Assembly: GCF_964204645.1 (NCBI RefSeq) | Contig: NC_134034.1 | Coordinates: forward strand, 13,467,062 to 13,531,061 | From: Tubulanus polymorphus | Lineage: Eukaryota > Animalia > Nemertea | Reading direction: 5' to 3' | DNA: 64,000 bases | In this document: piece by piece, positions 1-13,600 of the stretch | Layout: the number at the start of each line of letters is the position of its first letter | How positions within the stretch are numbered: position 1 is the first letter of the stretch | The notes under the pieces: generated by a model | Seen by the model: only the letters and a program-made list of their open reading frames with translations | Databases searched by the model: none | Told to the model about the DNA's origin: nothing | Made by a program: the position numbers and the translations under genes

Positions 1-379
1 TTCGACTGCCGCTAAGTCAATTGAGTTAATCCCGGGGTTGGAGGTAAATGACCTCCCGCAATTTGTGCTGAGACAAATTTCTATCTCGCAAAAGGTTGTG
101 CTTTTCATTAGAAAAAAAGATGCTGTACGTTCTGTGCTTAAACTGCTTAGGTCGAACATGTATTCACTAGCTAGCCGTGGTAGTCCTCATGTTTAAAAAG
201 GCATTATTGCATTGCGTGGTGAATGATACTGGTGGCGCCACCTGGCTTAATGTATCATTTCACTACAATCTGATGTTGTAAACTTATACTTTCTTCTATT
301 GTTTCCACTATCCGTAAAATAAGCTGTTTATATGTTTCTTATTGCTAAATGTGTCGGTGTTCGAATGGGGTACCGGCAA

Positions 380-660
380 TGCTACTGTGGCGAGTGAGGA
401 TCCACCAACCAGTTGCGCTAGTGTGCAGTAGGACATCAAATACTGCGACAATAGAAGATTCCACTTGTGGCAAGTGAGGATCCACCAGGTGTTGCTAGTG
501 TGCAGTAGGACATCAAATACTGCGACAATAGAAGATTCCACTTGTGGCAAGTGAGGATCCACCAGGTGTTGCTAGTGTGCAGTAGGACATCAACTACTGC
601 GACAATAGAGGATTTTCCACTTGTGGCAAGTGAGGATCCACCAGGTGGCACTAGTGGTTA
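380..660. repeat. 77-bp minisatellite (~3.5 copies) with a CTCF-like core
   Basis: Unit gtggcaagtgaggatccaccaggtgttgctagtgtgcagtaggacatcaaatactgcgacaatagaagattccactt starts at 467 and 544. The same family is inverted at 12775-13125. Confidence 0.9.
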
Positions 661-2779
661 CTCAACTGTCCGCGCCTCAATTTATCGCTTCAATTTATCA
701 TAATATTTGGATTCAAGTTGATTATTGAAAATGAATGAATTTTGACTATGTTATTAAACTATAATCGGGAACTATCTGGTGGTATGCGCGCTGGTTCCCC
801 ATTGCATGTTATGTCACAAGATGCTCTCACTGCGCCAGTATGGATAGAGTTTTGCGTCGGTGACGTTGCCAGCAGTGATGAGAAATAATCTTAAGGGGTT
901 CCATTCCTATAACATCAATTGAACTTAATTTTAAACGAACAATTATGCATTAAGAGGGGTTTGTTTTGATTTTCGATTTTCGCTTAAGTGCATCTGCACC
1001 GCAGCGCGATGTATAAATCAGTGATGAACTTTGTTAGTACGCGGTGTATCGATGTAATTAGTAATTCTCTATTGAACGAGGGCACGACCTGTCAAACATA
1101 GTGAAAATTAGTAACTAAGGATACACCGCGCTGCGGTGTAGTTGCACTATAGCTATACTATTTCTTTTGAAATGCTAAAAACAAAAAAGTTGGAGTACTT
1201 GAATAGATTTTCGAATTTTTCTTTGGTTTTTAGTAAAAAAGCAATATTCAGGGTAAATTTAACCTGTTATCAATTCTAAGTATCTTCAATACATGATGTA
1301 TACCTGTCTAGAGACCTTCCAAAAGTATTTGCGGTAATAAAAGACCAACACGTAAATATGCAGTTAAAAAGTAGCGACTAAACCGCAAAAATTTGAGACA
1401 AATTACTTATTTCTTAAAATGGTTCCCATAGAGTGACTTACAGAGACTTAATCTTCCATTAGTTACTATCAATATTATTATCAGTATTATCATTATCACC
1501 TATTATTCCTTACACAGTGTCTTATTGTAAGGCTCTAAGGAGCTTTACAGAATACGTGATAATATATATACAATTAAGTCGCAATGTAGAATAAAATGAG
1601 ATAAAACTATAGTAGTCTTCAGACCTCAGGTAAAATGCCTTCTAAAAAGGTAAAAGCGTTTAATGAACTGTCCAGCTAAACATTCATCGGTAGAGCATCG
1701 AAACAAACAGTCAATAACATAACGCATTACTAATGGAACTTTAATAAAATGTCCAAAACGGTCTGAAAACTGCAAATAAAAAAAAAACCTAAACAAGAGC
1801 ATTGAGCATCTCTTTATGTACGTAAACGATGGGTATTGTATCGATCGGACAAACTCTGCTTTATGAAATTATCGGTTTTCGGCGCGTGTTGATAAGTCCC
1901 GGCATTCGACGGGCCGAGTACGCGGTCCATCGCTAGGCTGACGAGCAGATGTAATTACTCGAAAGTGTTATCGCGTGAGAATGAAGTGCTTTTGTCATTT
2001 TTGGCAGACATTAATTTCTAGACATGTAAATGTGTGATATATGTGCGTTTATTGAATCAGCGTGTTCCATTAATTAAAGCATCAGTTTCTGCAGCTAGAA
2101 TATGTCCTACCCACCTCGGTCTACTGATGGGAGGTGGCAGCCATTCTCAACTTGGCCTTTTCATTTCAGGAAAAAAAAACGAACCGCCTGCTTCCATAAA
2201 CCCCTTGAATCTATGTCATCAACCACTTCAGCTTAAAAATTGATAGAGGTAGCCATCTTTTCTGGAGTGGTCTGAAGGTCAAATCAGTAACAGGCAATTT
2301 GATGACGTCATGATTTATAGAAGCAGGCAGCCATTATTGTAAAGTATATGGTCTATAGATCAATTCATTTGATGATGTCATAGGGGGTTCTCTTCTGGAA
2401 TGGAAGATCCATTTGCTATGTACCCATAGTCCTTACTTGATGATGCCATCATAGTGGAATTTTATGGTGGCGGCCATCTTTTCTTGAAGGGTCTATAGAT
2501 CAATTGACGAGGTAATTTAATGATGTCACAGGGGGAGTTATGGTCGCAGCCATCTTTACAGGAAGGGTCTTTGAGATTTTTTCGAAAATGATTTTTGCTC
2601 GTTTTACCCCCGCGTGTTAAGATATTGAAATGATTTATGATAATGTTTGTGTACTGTGTAGAAACGATGTTCATTGGAAGAACAAGAAAACAGCAACAAC
2701 AATAGCACTGGTTTATTACATCAGGTATTCATCTCTGTATCGCTAATCTATAGGAGAGATGAGACTGAAAACCACGGCT

Positions 2780-3080
2780 GCAATCCGCTACATTCCACGG
2801 TCTCAAGTTTAGATCAGTTATACAACCAAAATTAGAACGGCCCAAATATATATTGGTTCTATAACCAATCTTACAACTCAAGACCAGTCTAAGTTTATTT
2901 GGTTCTATAACCAATCTAATGACTTGGACCAGTCCAAGCTCATTTGGGTTCTATAACTGGTCTAACAACTTGAGACCAGTCTATGCTCATTCTGGTTCTA
3001 TAACCAATCTAACAACTTGAGACCGGTCAACCAGATTGGCTATTGAACCAAAAACAGCTGAGACCGGTCTTGGACATAAG
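2780..3080. repeat. Degenerate ~47-bp tandem repeat related to the internal sequence of the GGGCC MITE family
   Basis: Repeated ttggttctataaccaatctaacaacttgagaccagtc; same family as 31465-31960. Confidence 0.75.
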
Positions 3081-3829
3081 CCTTAGCCGTGGAAGCAAGT
3101 CTGTGATGTTTAAAGCTTCTAGAAATTTCCAACCAGGTGTTTCCCTAATGAAATTCCCTGTAATTAGTTCCAAAAATGAAGCTATTCAAATCCATTGCTC
3201 TCCTGTAGATTGGTGCCTAATTTCTGGACTCATAGTTGTACCGTATGAAGCACAAAGAACTGAGAGAGAGAGATTCTCTTGTTCGTTGGATGAAATGTGA
3301 TAGCGAAATGCTACAAGAAAAACCTGTACTTTTCACCAAATAATCACCCATACAAAAAGAAGAGAGGCAAGGGCCACACTGCGTAGAGCTAACATGAAAT
3401 ATTTTTAGAATTACAAGTTTTTAACGGAAACTTTTCTGTCAATTCTCGGCCATTTTCATTCGCCCCTCTTTTATCAAACGATCTTGAAATTGTTGTCTGA
3501 ATGTGCTTAAAAAAAATCTTGCTTACGAACCAAATCTAGTCACGTATTTCTCCTATTTTCTTAGTATTTTTCACTTCAGTTTTCGCTGTTTTTTCAAACT
3601 TCTTAATTTCGCTTTAAACTCGAAAAAAGCATCATTTGGCACTTTTTCCACTTGCCGTAACGAAAGTCCTTTGCCACACCTTTTTACAGCATCAAAAAGC
3701 AAAATTATACACATTTTCTCTATGCTGCTTTTTTGTTATTTCAAACGTGTTTATGGCAAGGTGAAGGTCAATGAAAGGTCATCAGTTCTAATGATCTTGG
3801 TGTTGATATTCTTGTGGGAGGGAAGAGTC

Positions 3830-4490
3830 ATATTTCTCAAACTCTTACTCAGTATTTGATATCAACTCGGGTTAGAATTTTACCAGTCCCAACTTAAGAG
3901 ACAGAGTCTACTGTATTTCACAAACTCTTACTCAATATTTGACACCAACTCTGGGTAGAATTTTACCAGTCTCAACTTTACCGCAGTAAGAGACAGAGTC
4001 TACTGTATTTCACAAACTCTTACTCAGTATTTGACACCAACTCGGGGTAGAATTTTACCAGTCTCAACTTTACCGCAGTAAGAGACAGAGTCTACTGTAT
4101 TTCACAAACTCTTACTCAGTATTTGACATCAACTTGGGGTAGAATTTAACCGGTCTCAACTTTACCGCAGTAAGAGACAGAGACTCTTGCTTCTCTTACT
4201 CAGTATTTGACACCAACTCTGGGTAGAATTTTACCAGTCTCAGCTTTACCGCAGTAAGAGACAGAGTCTCCTGTATTTCACAAACTCTTACTCAGTATTT
4301 GACATCAACTTGGGGTAGAATTTAACCGGTCTCAACTTTACCGCAGTAAGAGACAGAGTCTACTGTATTTCACAAACTCTTACTCAGTATTTGACACCAA
4401 CTCGGGGTAGAATTTAACCAGTTTTAACTTAACCGCAGTAAGAGACAGAGTCTACTGTATTTCACAAACTCTTACTCAGTATTTGACCCC
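3830..4490. repeat. 92-bp tandem satellite (~7 copies)
   Basis: Unit gacagagtctactgtatttcacaaactcttactcagtatttgacaccaactcggggtagaattttaccagtctcaactttaccgcagtaaga. Confidence 0.95.
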
Positions 4491-4620
4491 AATTTCATAT
4501 AAGTTTTGACGAACAAGTTATTTAGTCCTCTCGACCAATAATCCCGGGATGAATTTCAAAAAAAGCTTTTTAGCAATTAAGCACGAATCGTAAAACGTAT
4601 TTTCTCATTCATTTATTCAG

Positions 4621-7600
4621 GTTCTGTCGCTCGGCGCTGAAGTTCTACCGGAATACAAACTACAATCTCCGCGTATACATCGCTGTACGATTCTACACTA
4701 TTCGCCGTTTAAGGCCGTATGGGACTGGCTGATATTGATCCTCGTTATTTACACGGCCGTTTTCACGCCCTACGTCGCCGCGTTTCTGCTCAATGAAAAA
4801 GACCACAAACGCGGCTACAAAAACGACCCGCACGGAAAATACGCGCGTTACAGCGAGCCGTTAACGATCATCGACCTGATCGTAGACGTCATGTTTATCA
4901 TCGACATTCTGATTAACTTTCGCACGACGTACGTCAACAAAAACGACGAGGTCGTCAGTCATCCCGGCAAAATAGCCGTGCACTATTTCAAAGGTTGGTT
5001 CCTGATCGACGTTGTCGCGGCGATACCGTTCGATTTGTTGCTGTTCGGATCGGAAACCGACGAGGTATAGTATGAAGTCTGTGTTTGTTAGTTTAGATAT
5101 TTAAACATCGTCTGCCTCAAAGACAGACAGACGTCTGCCTCTAGGCGGACAGACGTCTATACAAGAAAGAGGTCCGTCCTTCAGACAAACACCTGTATTT
5201 GTCTAGACTATAGACAGCAGAGAGCCGGACGGTGTACGTTCAAAATCCCATAGATCAAAATCCCACAAGTCAAAATCCCATAGTCAATATCCCATTGTTC
5301 ATAATCCCACATATTATGATCAAAATCCCATATATTTTTATTATATACTATGGGGTATCTTATTTTTTACTATACAGTGCCGAATACTGTAGAAATATGT
5401 ATATGTTAATAGAATATAACCTATATGCTGTATGTAGGGCCTAATATAGGCTAATGAATGAATACAGATTGGTCTTTGATCTAGAGGATTAGACTAATTA
5501 TGATATGCTTTGATCAAAGGTGATTAAGTTGAGATTAATTCGAGCCGGACAGACACTAGTCTGCCTGTAGATGGATGGATGTCTAGACAACATGGCGACG
5601 TCTGCTTTAAGATCAACGGACATCTGTCTGCCTCTAGACAAACTGACATCTGTCTGCCTCTAGACAGACAGACATCTGTCTGCCTTTAAATGGAAAGACT
5701 GTGAGAAATGTCTGCTTGCAGGTGTATGTCTATGACAGCAGAGCGTCTGCCTCTAGCTCATGTCTGCCTTTAGACAGACACTGATATCTTCCTTGCCTCA
5801 AGATAGACAGACACTGTTCTGTTCGTAAAACAGGCTAACTGTCTATAGGTGGCAGAGGAACAAACACCTGCCTTGCCTCTACAAAGAAGGACATCCGGAT
5901 GGAAAACCTCTTACGACCGACCTCTGCCTTGAGTAGACGCCTGTCTGCGTCTAGACGGACTAAAGTCTGCCTTTAGACCGACGGAATGAAATGCATGCCT
6001 AGAAAGATATTGAAATAAACCGAGCTGAACTCCGGTCGAATTGCGGCTTTAAAATTGAATCTCAAAGATTCGAGAGTAAGGCGAGGTCTGTTTGTGTAGT
6101 ATACCTGATAATACTACCCTCTTTCTTACTATCAGTGAATTTCCTGAAATATTCTCACCCTCAATCACTCTTCCTTGGAACTTTATGGACCTGGGTTCCG
6201 TGGTTCCAACGCTGCTCTTTGTTAAGCTTGACTTTTTAGAGTTCCAGTGTTTTTCAAAACTAACCAAGAAACGGTTGAACCAGGTCCAGATTATCTTTGG
6301 CGGTATTTGACAATGCTGCCTTCTAAAGACCTTACTGTCTTTCTACTGTCCCTTTGAATGCCCAGACACGCTAATTTCCAACCAGGAACATGCAGTCTCC
6401 TTTTCTAATATCCTTCAATAACTGCTATCACCATCCAGTAATATATATATATATAACTAATTATTATCAAGTTATGTAGTAGATTTTGTTTTCCTCCTAA
6501 CTCATGTATTGTCGACCAAACTCAACTGAATTGCGCGACCTGGTAGAAGTGGCCGGTAGAGAGTTTGTAATCTGGAATTGCCATTTCTAAACCGGTTCAA
6601 TCGAAATCGGCCAAACATCTACTAGACTGCAGTTTAGTTTGGTTGGTAATTCGTAGAATTCAGCCCCAATCTGTGGAAAACACAGTGAATAAACTAAGGG
6701 TCCAGGACCCAGCAGTTCATTAGTTGTCAGTAAAGTTTTACTTCTTGGATCAAAATCATAGCATTTTCAATGTTTCCACTCTAGTGTCAAAACTGATCTG
6801 AAGACAGAAGATTTGGGTTAATAGTTTCTCTGCAAAAGATTTTGCTTTCGAATTGCTATAGATACTAAACATTTGAAGCAAGATTTTAAAACAATTTTTG
6901 AGTACGAGTCCGGAGTTTTGACACGAGGATAGTTTTTGAGAGTTGAATTCTACCATTTATTTGTTGTAATTGTAACTAATCATGATAATTTTGTCCGGCG
7001 CAATTCGGCAAATAGATTCCTTTTGATTGATAGAACTAAGGCGAAGCAGCCATTCATCAATGGTTTTTGGATGTTGAAATTCACGAGTTAACCCTTTGAT
7101 GGCCGTTATTGCGCACATGTTAATCTTTCGATAGCTGTCATCGCGCACGTGTTAACCCTTCGATGGCCGCTATTGCGCCGGACTAATTTCAGTGTCCTCG
7201 TGATGAATCAGTCGTATATTATGAAGTATCGTGTATTGTATATATATATATACATATATAACCGATCGATGTATCTTCTTTCATTTTCTCTGTTTCATTC
7301 GATTCCCACCAGGAGGCAGGTTAAACCATTTCCGATATATACTTTAATTCTCTTCCATTCATATTCGAATATTTTATTTATTTTTTTCATCTCGGTATCT
7401 GCATAAATAACTATATATATGTATATATTCGATAGATATATATGATATGGTTAATGCCTTTGATATCATTGCGAATAATCTTGGCCGACGGGTGCACCCC
7501 CTATTTTGTCTAATTTCTTTTTCATTTATTAATTCGGCTTGGCTTCATAATCCTCACGCACCCCCGAACATGTGTAATGAGTCAGGCTACTGATGGGGTT

Positions 7601-10600
7601 AGGGATTGTTTAGGGTATTATGTAAGGGTAAGGATGTTTACTGGGTAGATTGATTATCTTACTCTGGTAGGGCGGAGAAGGGTCGGTAGTATATAGGCAA
7701 AAGTAAAGTTGAAGGTAGGTCTATATTTAAGGATTAGGTGGAAACGTTTGTAGGCCGATGCAGCAGGGATATCGCCACAGGTCTCACAGGTTCAATGTTG
7801 GACCGGTATTAAGAAATGTGTATTTCGTAAAGATACATTGAACGTGTGTCATACATTGAACATGTGTCACCGGGGATCAAACCCGGGTCTCGTACATAGA
7901 AAACAAGCGCGTTAACCAGTAGACCAATAGCGGGGATCAAACCCGGGTCTCGTACATGGAAAGCAAGCGCGCTAACCAGTAGACCAATAGCGGGGATCAA
8001 ACCCGGGTCTCGTACATAGAAAACAAGCGTGCTATCCAGTAGACCAATAGAACTAATCCACAAGGTCTAAGGGGAACCGCTGAAGATGAGGGTGTGTGAG
8101 GGAAAGTAAAGGAGCAGTAGTAATCTTGACAAATTTTTTTTTTAATTTCTTGGTTCCCGGGCCGATCCTCAATAAGCATGAGACGCTAGTTTTAACCCTC
8201 GAGCACTCACCGCTGCTAAATATTCACCGTTCAAATCATTAAATATCGGCGTCGAATTCGTATTTTTTCCCTCCTTTGCTCGCCTTCTTGCATTTCGCAA
8301 ATTTTTTCAAAAATTTTAAAAACTTTTCATTTTTTCATAAACCACCCCTCCCCCCAGCCGTACGCGTATTTCAATGCTTTTCCCACTCGTCAAACAACGA
8401 ATATCTAATGCTTTATAATTGAATGATTTATATATAAACTTTCGAACCGAATAAGTTGACTTTATTTCCATCAAAAATTTAGAAGAGATATGTGTGATGA
8501 AAAGCGGATAAGACCAACATTTCAAACAGCGCTAAGATTCATCTACTGATAGAATGAAAATGAAAACGATGAATTTATATGAATTCGTAGTTTGTTTCTG
8601 AATACAAAATCTTTACCGAACAAACTGAAGCATAATGTATTCAGATCAACCGATTATTGACGAAATAGCGAATCAAAACGTCGCGCGGCAGACGGACACT
8701 CACGACAGACGGACACTCGGAACAGACGGACACGCGCGACAGACAGACGGACAATAAAATATGCCACAAAACGACGAACCCGCGCTGCGGGTGTCCATTT
8801 TATCTCGACAGTTTTGCTTCGTAAGCCCCTCGGACCATCGGTCTGGTTGTATTTGGAATAATCGGTTATCAGCGATCGGTTTGTCTCTCGATGTTAATTG
8901 AATGTTATTTATGTAAAAGCGCTGAAATGAATTAACTTTGCCTCCAATTCGCAGTGTTTTTTGTCGCCATCAATTTTTCCTCTTTCATTCTCTCTCTCTA
9001 TATATATATATATATATTTATTCATCATTGTCGTCTTTTCATCGTAATCGTCAATAATTTATATATTTCCAACTCATCTCGTCGTGGTAGAGGACGGTAT
9101 CCGCTCGGTCGGAAAAACAAAAACGTTAAAGGAACGATAACCGCACCCAAACGTGGTGAACAAATAATAAGATAAAAACCCACTATCTACAGATTAAAAA
9201 GATTTAAAAACAAGAATTTATTTATTCAATCTAAAATATATAGAATACACGACGTTTCGATCTCACCCTAGAGATCATCGTCAGGTCCTGACACCTGACG
9301 GTGATCTCTAGGGTGAGATCGAAACGTCGTGTATTCTATATATTTTAATCTGTAGATCGTGGGTTTTATCTTAAAAATGTTAAAAGCTGATCGCGGTGAA
9401 AACTATCTGGGATGAAAATATCGAGTTCCCTGGGTTGTGTATGCACACCCAATATTACCCATATACAGACATGATGATTCACCGATGTAAAAAAAAAAAA
9501 ACAAAGCAACTATGTATACATTTTTCTAGATGATTTCTCTTGTTTCTATTCTCATGTTTTATTTTTTCATTTTTGAAAAGGTCGAAAGGGCAATCGCCAC
9601 TAAGGTATATACATGCACTCACTCTCCGAGACTTACAATGATCCGTAAGAGTCATTACAGAACTTGAGGGGTCGATTCCACAGTTTTGAGTTTAGCCTGA
9701 GAGATAAACTTAAATCTTTTCTTTAATCGAACACATAAAATTGCACTGAAATGGTTTGAATGCTTGAACAAGAAACGATAGTAGTTTTGTACGTAGTTGT
9801 GCTGTTTACAGGCAACTCAAAACAACTTGAGTTCTAGTGAGATCCTTATGCCTAGCCTACATATGTTTCAACTAAATCACATTGGCGCAGGTGGCAGCGC
9901 AACGTCATTCAACTCAATGCAACTCAAGCACTAGCAACATCAATAAGTAGGATAGCTGAAGCCTAGTTACAACGATCACCAAAGGCTCAAACCAACAAAA
10001 GAAAATTTCACTGCCAGTTTAGGTCCTCTGGCCAACTTTCTCAAACAGAACTTTTCTCCTTGATATAGTTCATTTCTTTACATATTAATTTTCTTCGCCT
10101 TTCCATTTGAAGGGGTAAAATAAGTTTTTTGAGAGGTCAAAAGTATCTTGTAGACTTATATAGTTCACGATTCAAAATAGAAGAAATTGCAAAAAAACAT
10201 AGAATATAAACTAGAATATCCTTGAGGGGATTGGTTTGTGCAGCCATTAAGTAGAGAATGATGCACGAGTCAGTTAGTAAACTGGACCCAGTTCCACAGT
10301 TGTGAGTTAGAGTTAACTCTGAGTTAAAGTTAGTTCATTTTCAATGTTTTAACCCAGGGTCAAATCTTAACTCAGAACTGTGGAACTGGACCCTGTAGGT
10401 TAACGATAACCAAAATGATGAATACTATAGTAACAATGGAATATCAATTATCACTTTGTCAACTGAACAACTTGAACATTATCTAGACAACTCTAAAAAA
10501 ACTATCACTGATAAATGAGAAAATGAACAACTCGGAAAAATCGTTCTTTCTTTCTGAAACTTGAACATTAATTATTCTTCGTTTTTAATTGCAGACGACG

Positions 10601-13600
10601 ACGCTGATCGGATTGTTAAAAACGGCGCGGTTGCTACGACTGGTGCGCGTGGCGCGTAAACTCGATCGTTACTCGGAGTACGGCGCCGCCGTTCTGCTGT
10701 TGTTGATGGCGACGTTCGCGTTGATCGCGCATTGGCTCGCGTGTATCTGGTACGCGATCGGCAACGTCGAGCGGCCGCATCTCGGCGATTTGAAAATCGG
10801 TTGGCTCGACGACCTGGCGCGACACACGAAGCAGCCGTACAACGAGAACGATACCGATATCGGCGGGCCGGATTTGAAGTCGAAGTATATAACGGCGTTG
10901 TATTTTACGTTCAGCAGTTTGACGAGCGTCGGTTTCGGCAACGTTTCGCCGAATACAAACTCCGAGAAAATATTCTCCATTTGTGTGATGTTGATAGGAT
11001 GTAAGTATTCTCATACGGGTTTCATCGCTGAATTCAGGGCGTCGCCACTTACCTGGAGCCGGTTCCATAGCCAAGACTTAAGTCCAAAAGTCGTCTTAAA
11101 TCTTAAGGCTGGTCTTAAACTGTTAGATTAACTATAGAACTAAGATAGTCTTAGACTGGTCTTAAGTCTAAGCCATGACAATGGAACCGGCCCCTGGAGA
11201 TCAGGGTAAAGTCGGGGAATTTTCTTTTCCTTGTCAATTTCTAATTTCATTGATACATCACAGGTCCATCACTGATATGGTCTCAATCCACGCACTGTTT
11301 CCAATCATCCCCGGTTGTCAGGAAATATCCCTAAAGATACTTAACTGTCCTTCAAAATACTTAGCTGTCCGCTGACAGTCTGAAAATATTTACTGTCGCA
11401 TTTTGATGCGTTCAGAGCTGTCAACCATCCCTGATTGCAGGGACAGTCTCTGGAAATACTGTACTCTCCGCCCTGACGCTGTCAACCATCTCTCATTATC
11501 AGGAACAATCTCTGAAAATACTTCAATGTCCCCCTGATGTACTCAGAGTTGTCAACCATCCCTGATTGCAGGGACAGTCTCTGGAAAAACGTTATGCCTA
11601 GCGCACATCGACACTGCGATTGGAGACAACTAGTTGCAAGGCAGTTTTCGGCGCATGAGAGGAACTGGCTGGATACAATCAGTTGCTTGAATGTGTCGAT
11701 GTGAGCGAGCTTACGATTGGTAAGCGTCGATCTATCTCCAGTTCCAGCCAGTTGCCCATGTTCTACTTTTGAGCAACTGGTTGTACTCAATCGCAGTCAT
11801 ATCCGTCGATGTGCGCGCTCTGGATTTCGACGATCGACGCGCGCCATGCAGTTGCTGCAACTGACCGGTTGTAACTAGATTTCGATGTGCGCGGGGTAAT
11901 CGTTCGATAGCAACTAGTTGTCTCCAATCGCAGTGTCGATGTGCGCTAGGCTTTACTGTCCATACCCGACCTGCCTCTCCCTATAGATACTAACAGTCAT
12001 CCTCATGTATTTGTTTGTCTTCAATTTTCTCCTACTCTCCTTCTTTCAGCTCTTATGTATGCAAGCATTTTCGGTAACGTCAGCGCGATTATTCAGCGTT
12101 TATATTCAGGCACGGCGCGTTATCACACGCAGATGCTACGCGTTAAAGAGTTCATTCGTTTTCATCAAATACCAAACCCTCTACGACAACGCCTCGAAGA
12201 GTATTTTCAACACGCGTGGTCGTATACGAACGGCATCGACATGAATATGGTACGTTAATCATTTGCATAAATCAACGTATCATTTTCATGCGATATTTGC
12301 TCCCTCCGTATCAAGTTAAAACCTTGAGAACTATTCTGGAAATCTAGACTATAAGACAAATTTTCTGTGGACAATGGCAATTTATGATATTCTTTTTCGA
12401 GAAAATGGTAAAATTTTACCTCGGGTTGGTACTATTGCAAACCTGACAATTATTTTGGGATTGCCTCAGAGTCAAACTAGCCACAAGATTGATAGCTACT
12501 CGGCCCTACACTAGATGTGACGAGCCTCAGTCCTTTCTTATTGTCTTCACTTTATACATGGTTTCTTTTTTACAGGTCCTCAAAGGATTTCCGGAATGTC
12601 TACAAGCCGATATATGTCTACATTTAAATAGAAATCTTCTCAACAATTGTCCAGCCTTTAAAGGTAAGCTTAGTTACAGCAATATACGCGTGGATAAACT
12701 CAATCAAAAATTACATCGAGGTAGACTTCTAAACTTCTAAATGCTTTTAATCTTCTGGGTTCTTATAGTTTATACACTAGTGGATCCAGTAGTTGATGTC
12801 CTAGTCAACAGTAGCACACCTGGTGGATCCTCACTTGCCACAAGTGGAATCCTCTATGATGTCCTACTGCATTCTAGCAATACCTGGTGGATCTTCACTT
12901 GTCCCGAGTAGAGTCATCTATTGTCACAGTAGTTGATTTCCTATTGTACACTAGCGACACCTGGTTGATCCTCACTTGCCACAAGTGGAATCCTCTATTG
13001 TCGCAGTAGTTGATTTCCTATTGTACACTAGCGACACCTAGTGGATATTGACTTGCAACAAATGGAATCCTCGCCGCAACAGTTTTAATGTTAATGATGG
13101 TACACTAGCGACACCTGGTGGATGTTCAGTATAGTAATAACGACAGACGGATACAGAGTCCTCATTAATGTGTGTATTTGGTTTTTCTTTCATCGAGGAG
13201 CCAGTCCCGGTTGTCTTCGTGCGCTGTCTATCAAGTTTAAAACGACGCACGTACCGCCTGGCGATACTCTCGTTCATCGCGGTGACGTGTTAACCGCGCT
13301 CTATTTTATATCACGTGGATCCATAGAAATACTGAAAGACGACGTCGTCATGGCGATTCTCGGTAAGTAATCTACGATTTCTGAGATTAATTCGTTGAGT
13401 TGATTTTCGAGTAATTAGTTTAGATCAGTTATAAAGGTATCAATCTGCCGCCTGGGTCTACCTGAGCGGACATTCAATATTTTATCACCACTCCCAATTG
13501 TTCAGGCTTCACATGTGTTCAGTACTTTATGCAAACATTGTTAATCAAAAATGAACTCCAAACATCAGATATTAGACATTTTATCAGTTTCAAAAACTTA

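Noticed and set aside
1895-1975. CTGACGA..CGAAA hammerhead-like core with a nearby GC hairpin
   Set aside because: Stem II is weak and stem I cannot close next to the core.
6049-6430. Compositionally distinct block with short ORFs on both strands
   Set aside because: May be an old transposon fragment, but no motif could be recognised.
7870-8050. Functional tRNA genes or an amber suppressor that could explain the TAG codons
   Set aside because: The 60-nt units lack acceptor stems, and the loop register gives TCC/TCT, not CTA.
10634-11074. Overlapping alternative-frame and antisense ORFs
   Set aside because: Shadows of the GC-rich ERG S4-S6 exon.
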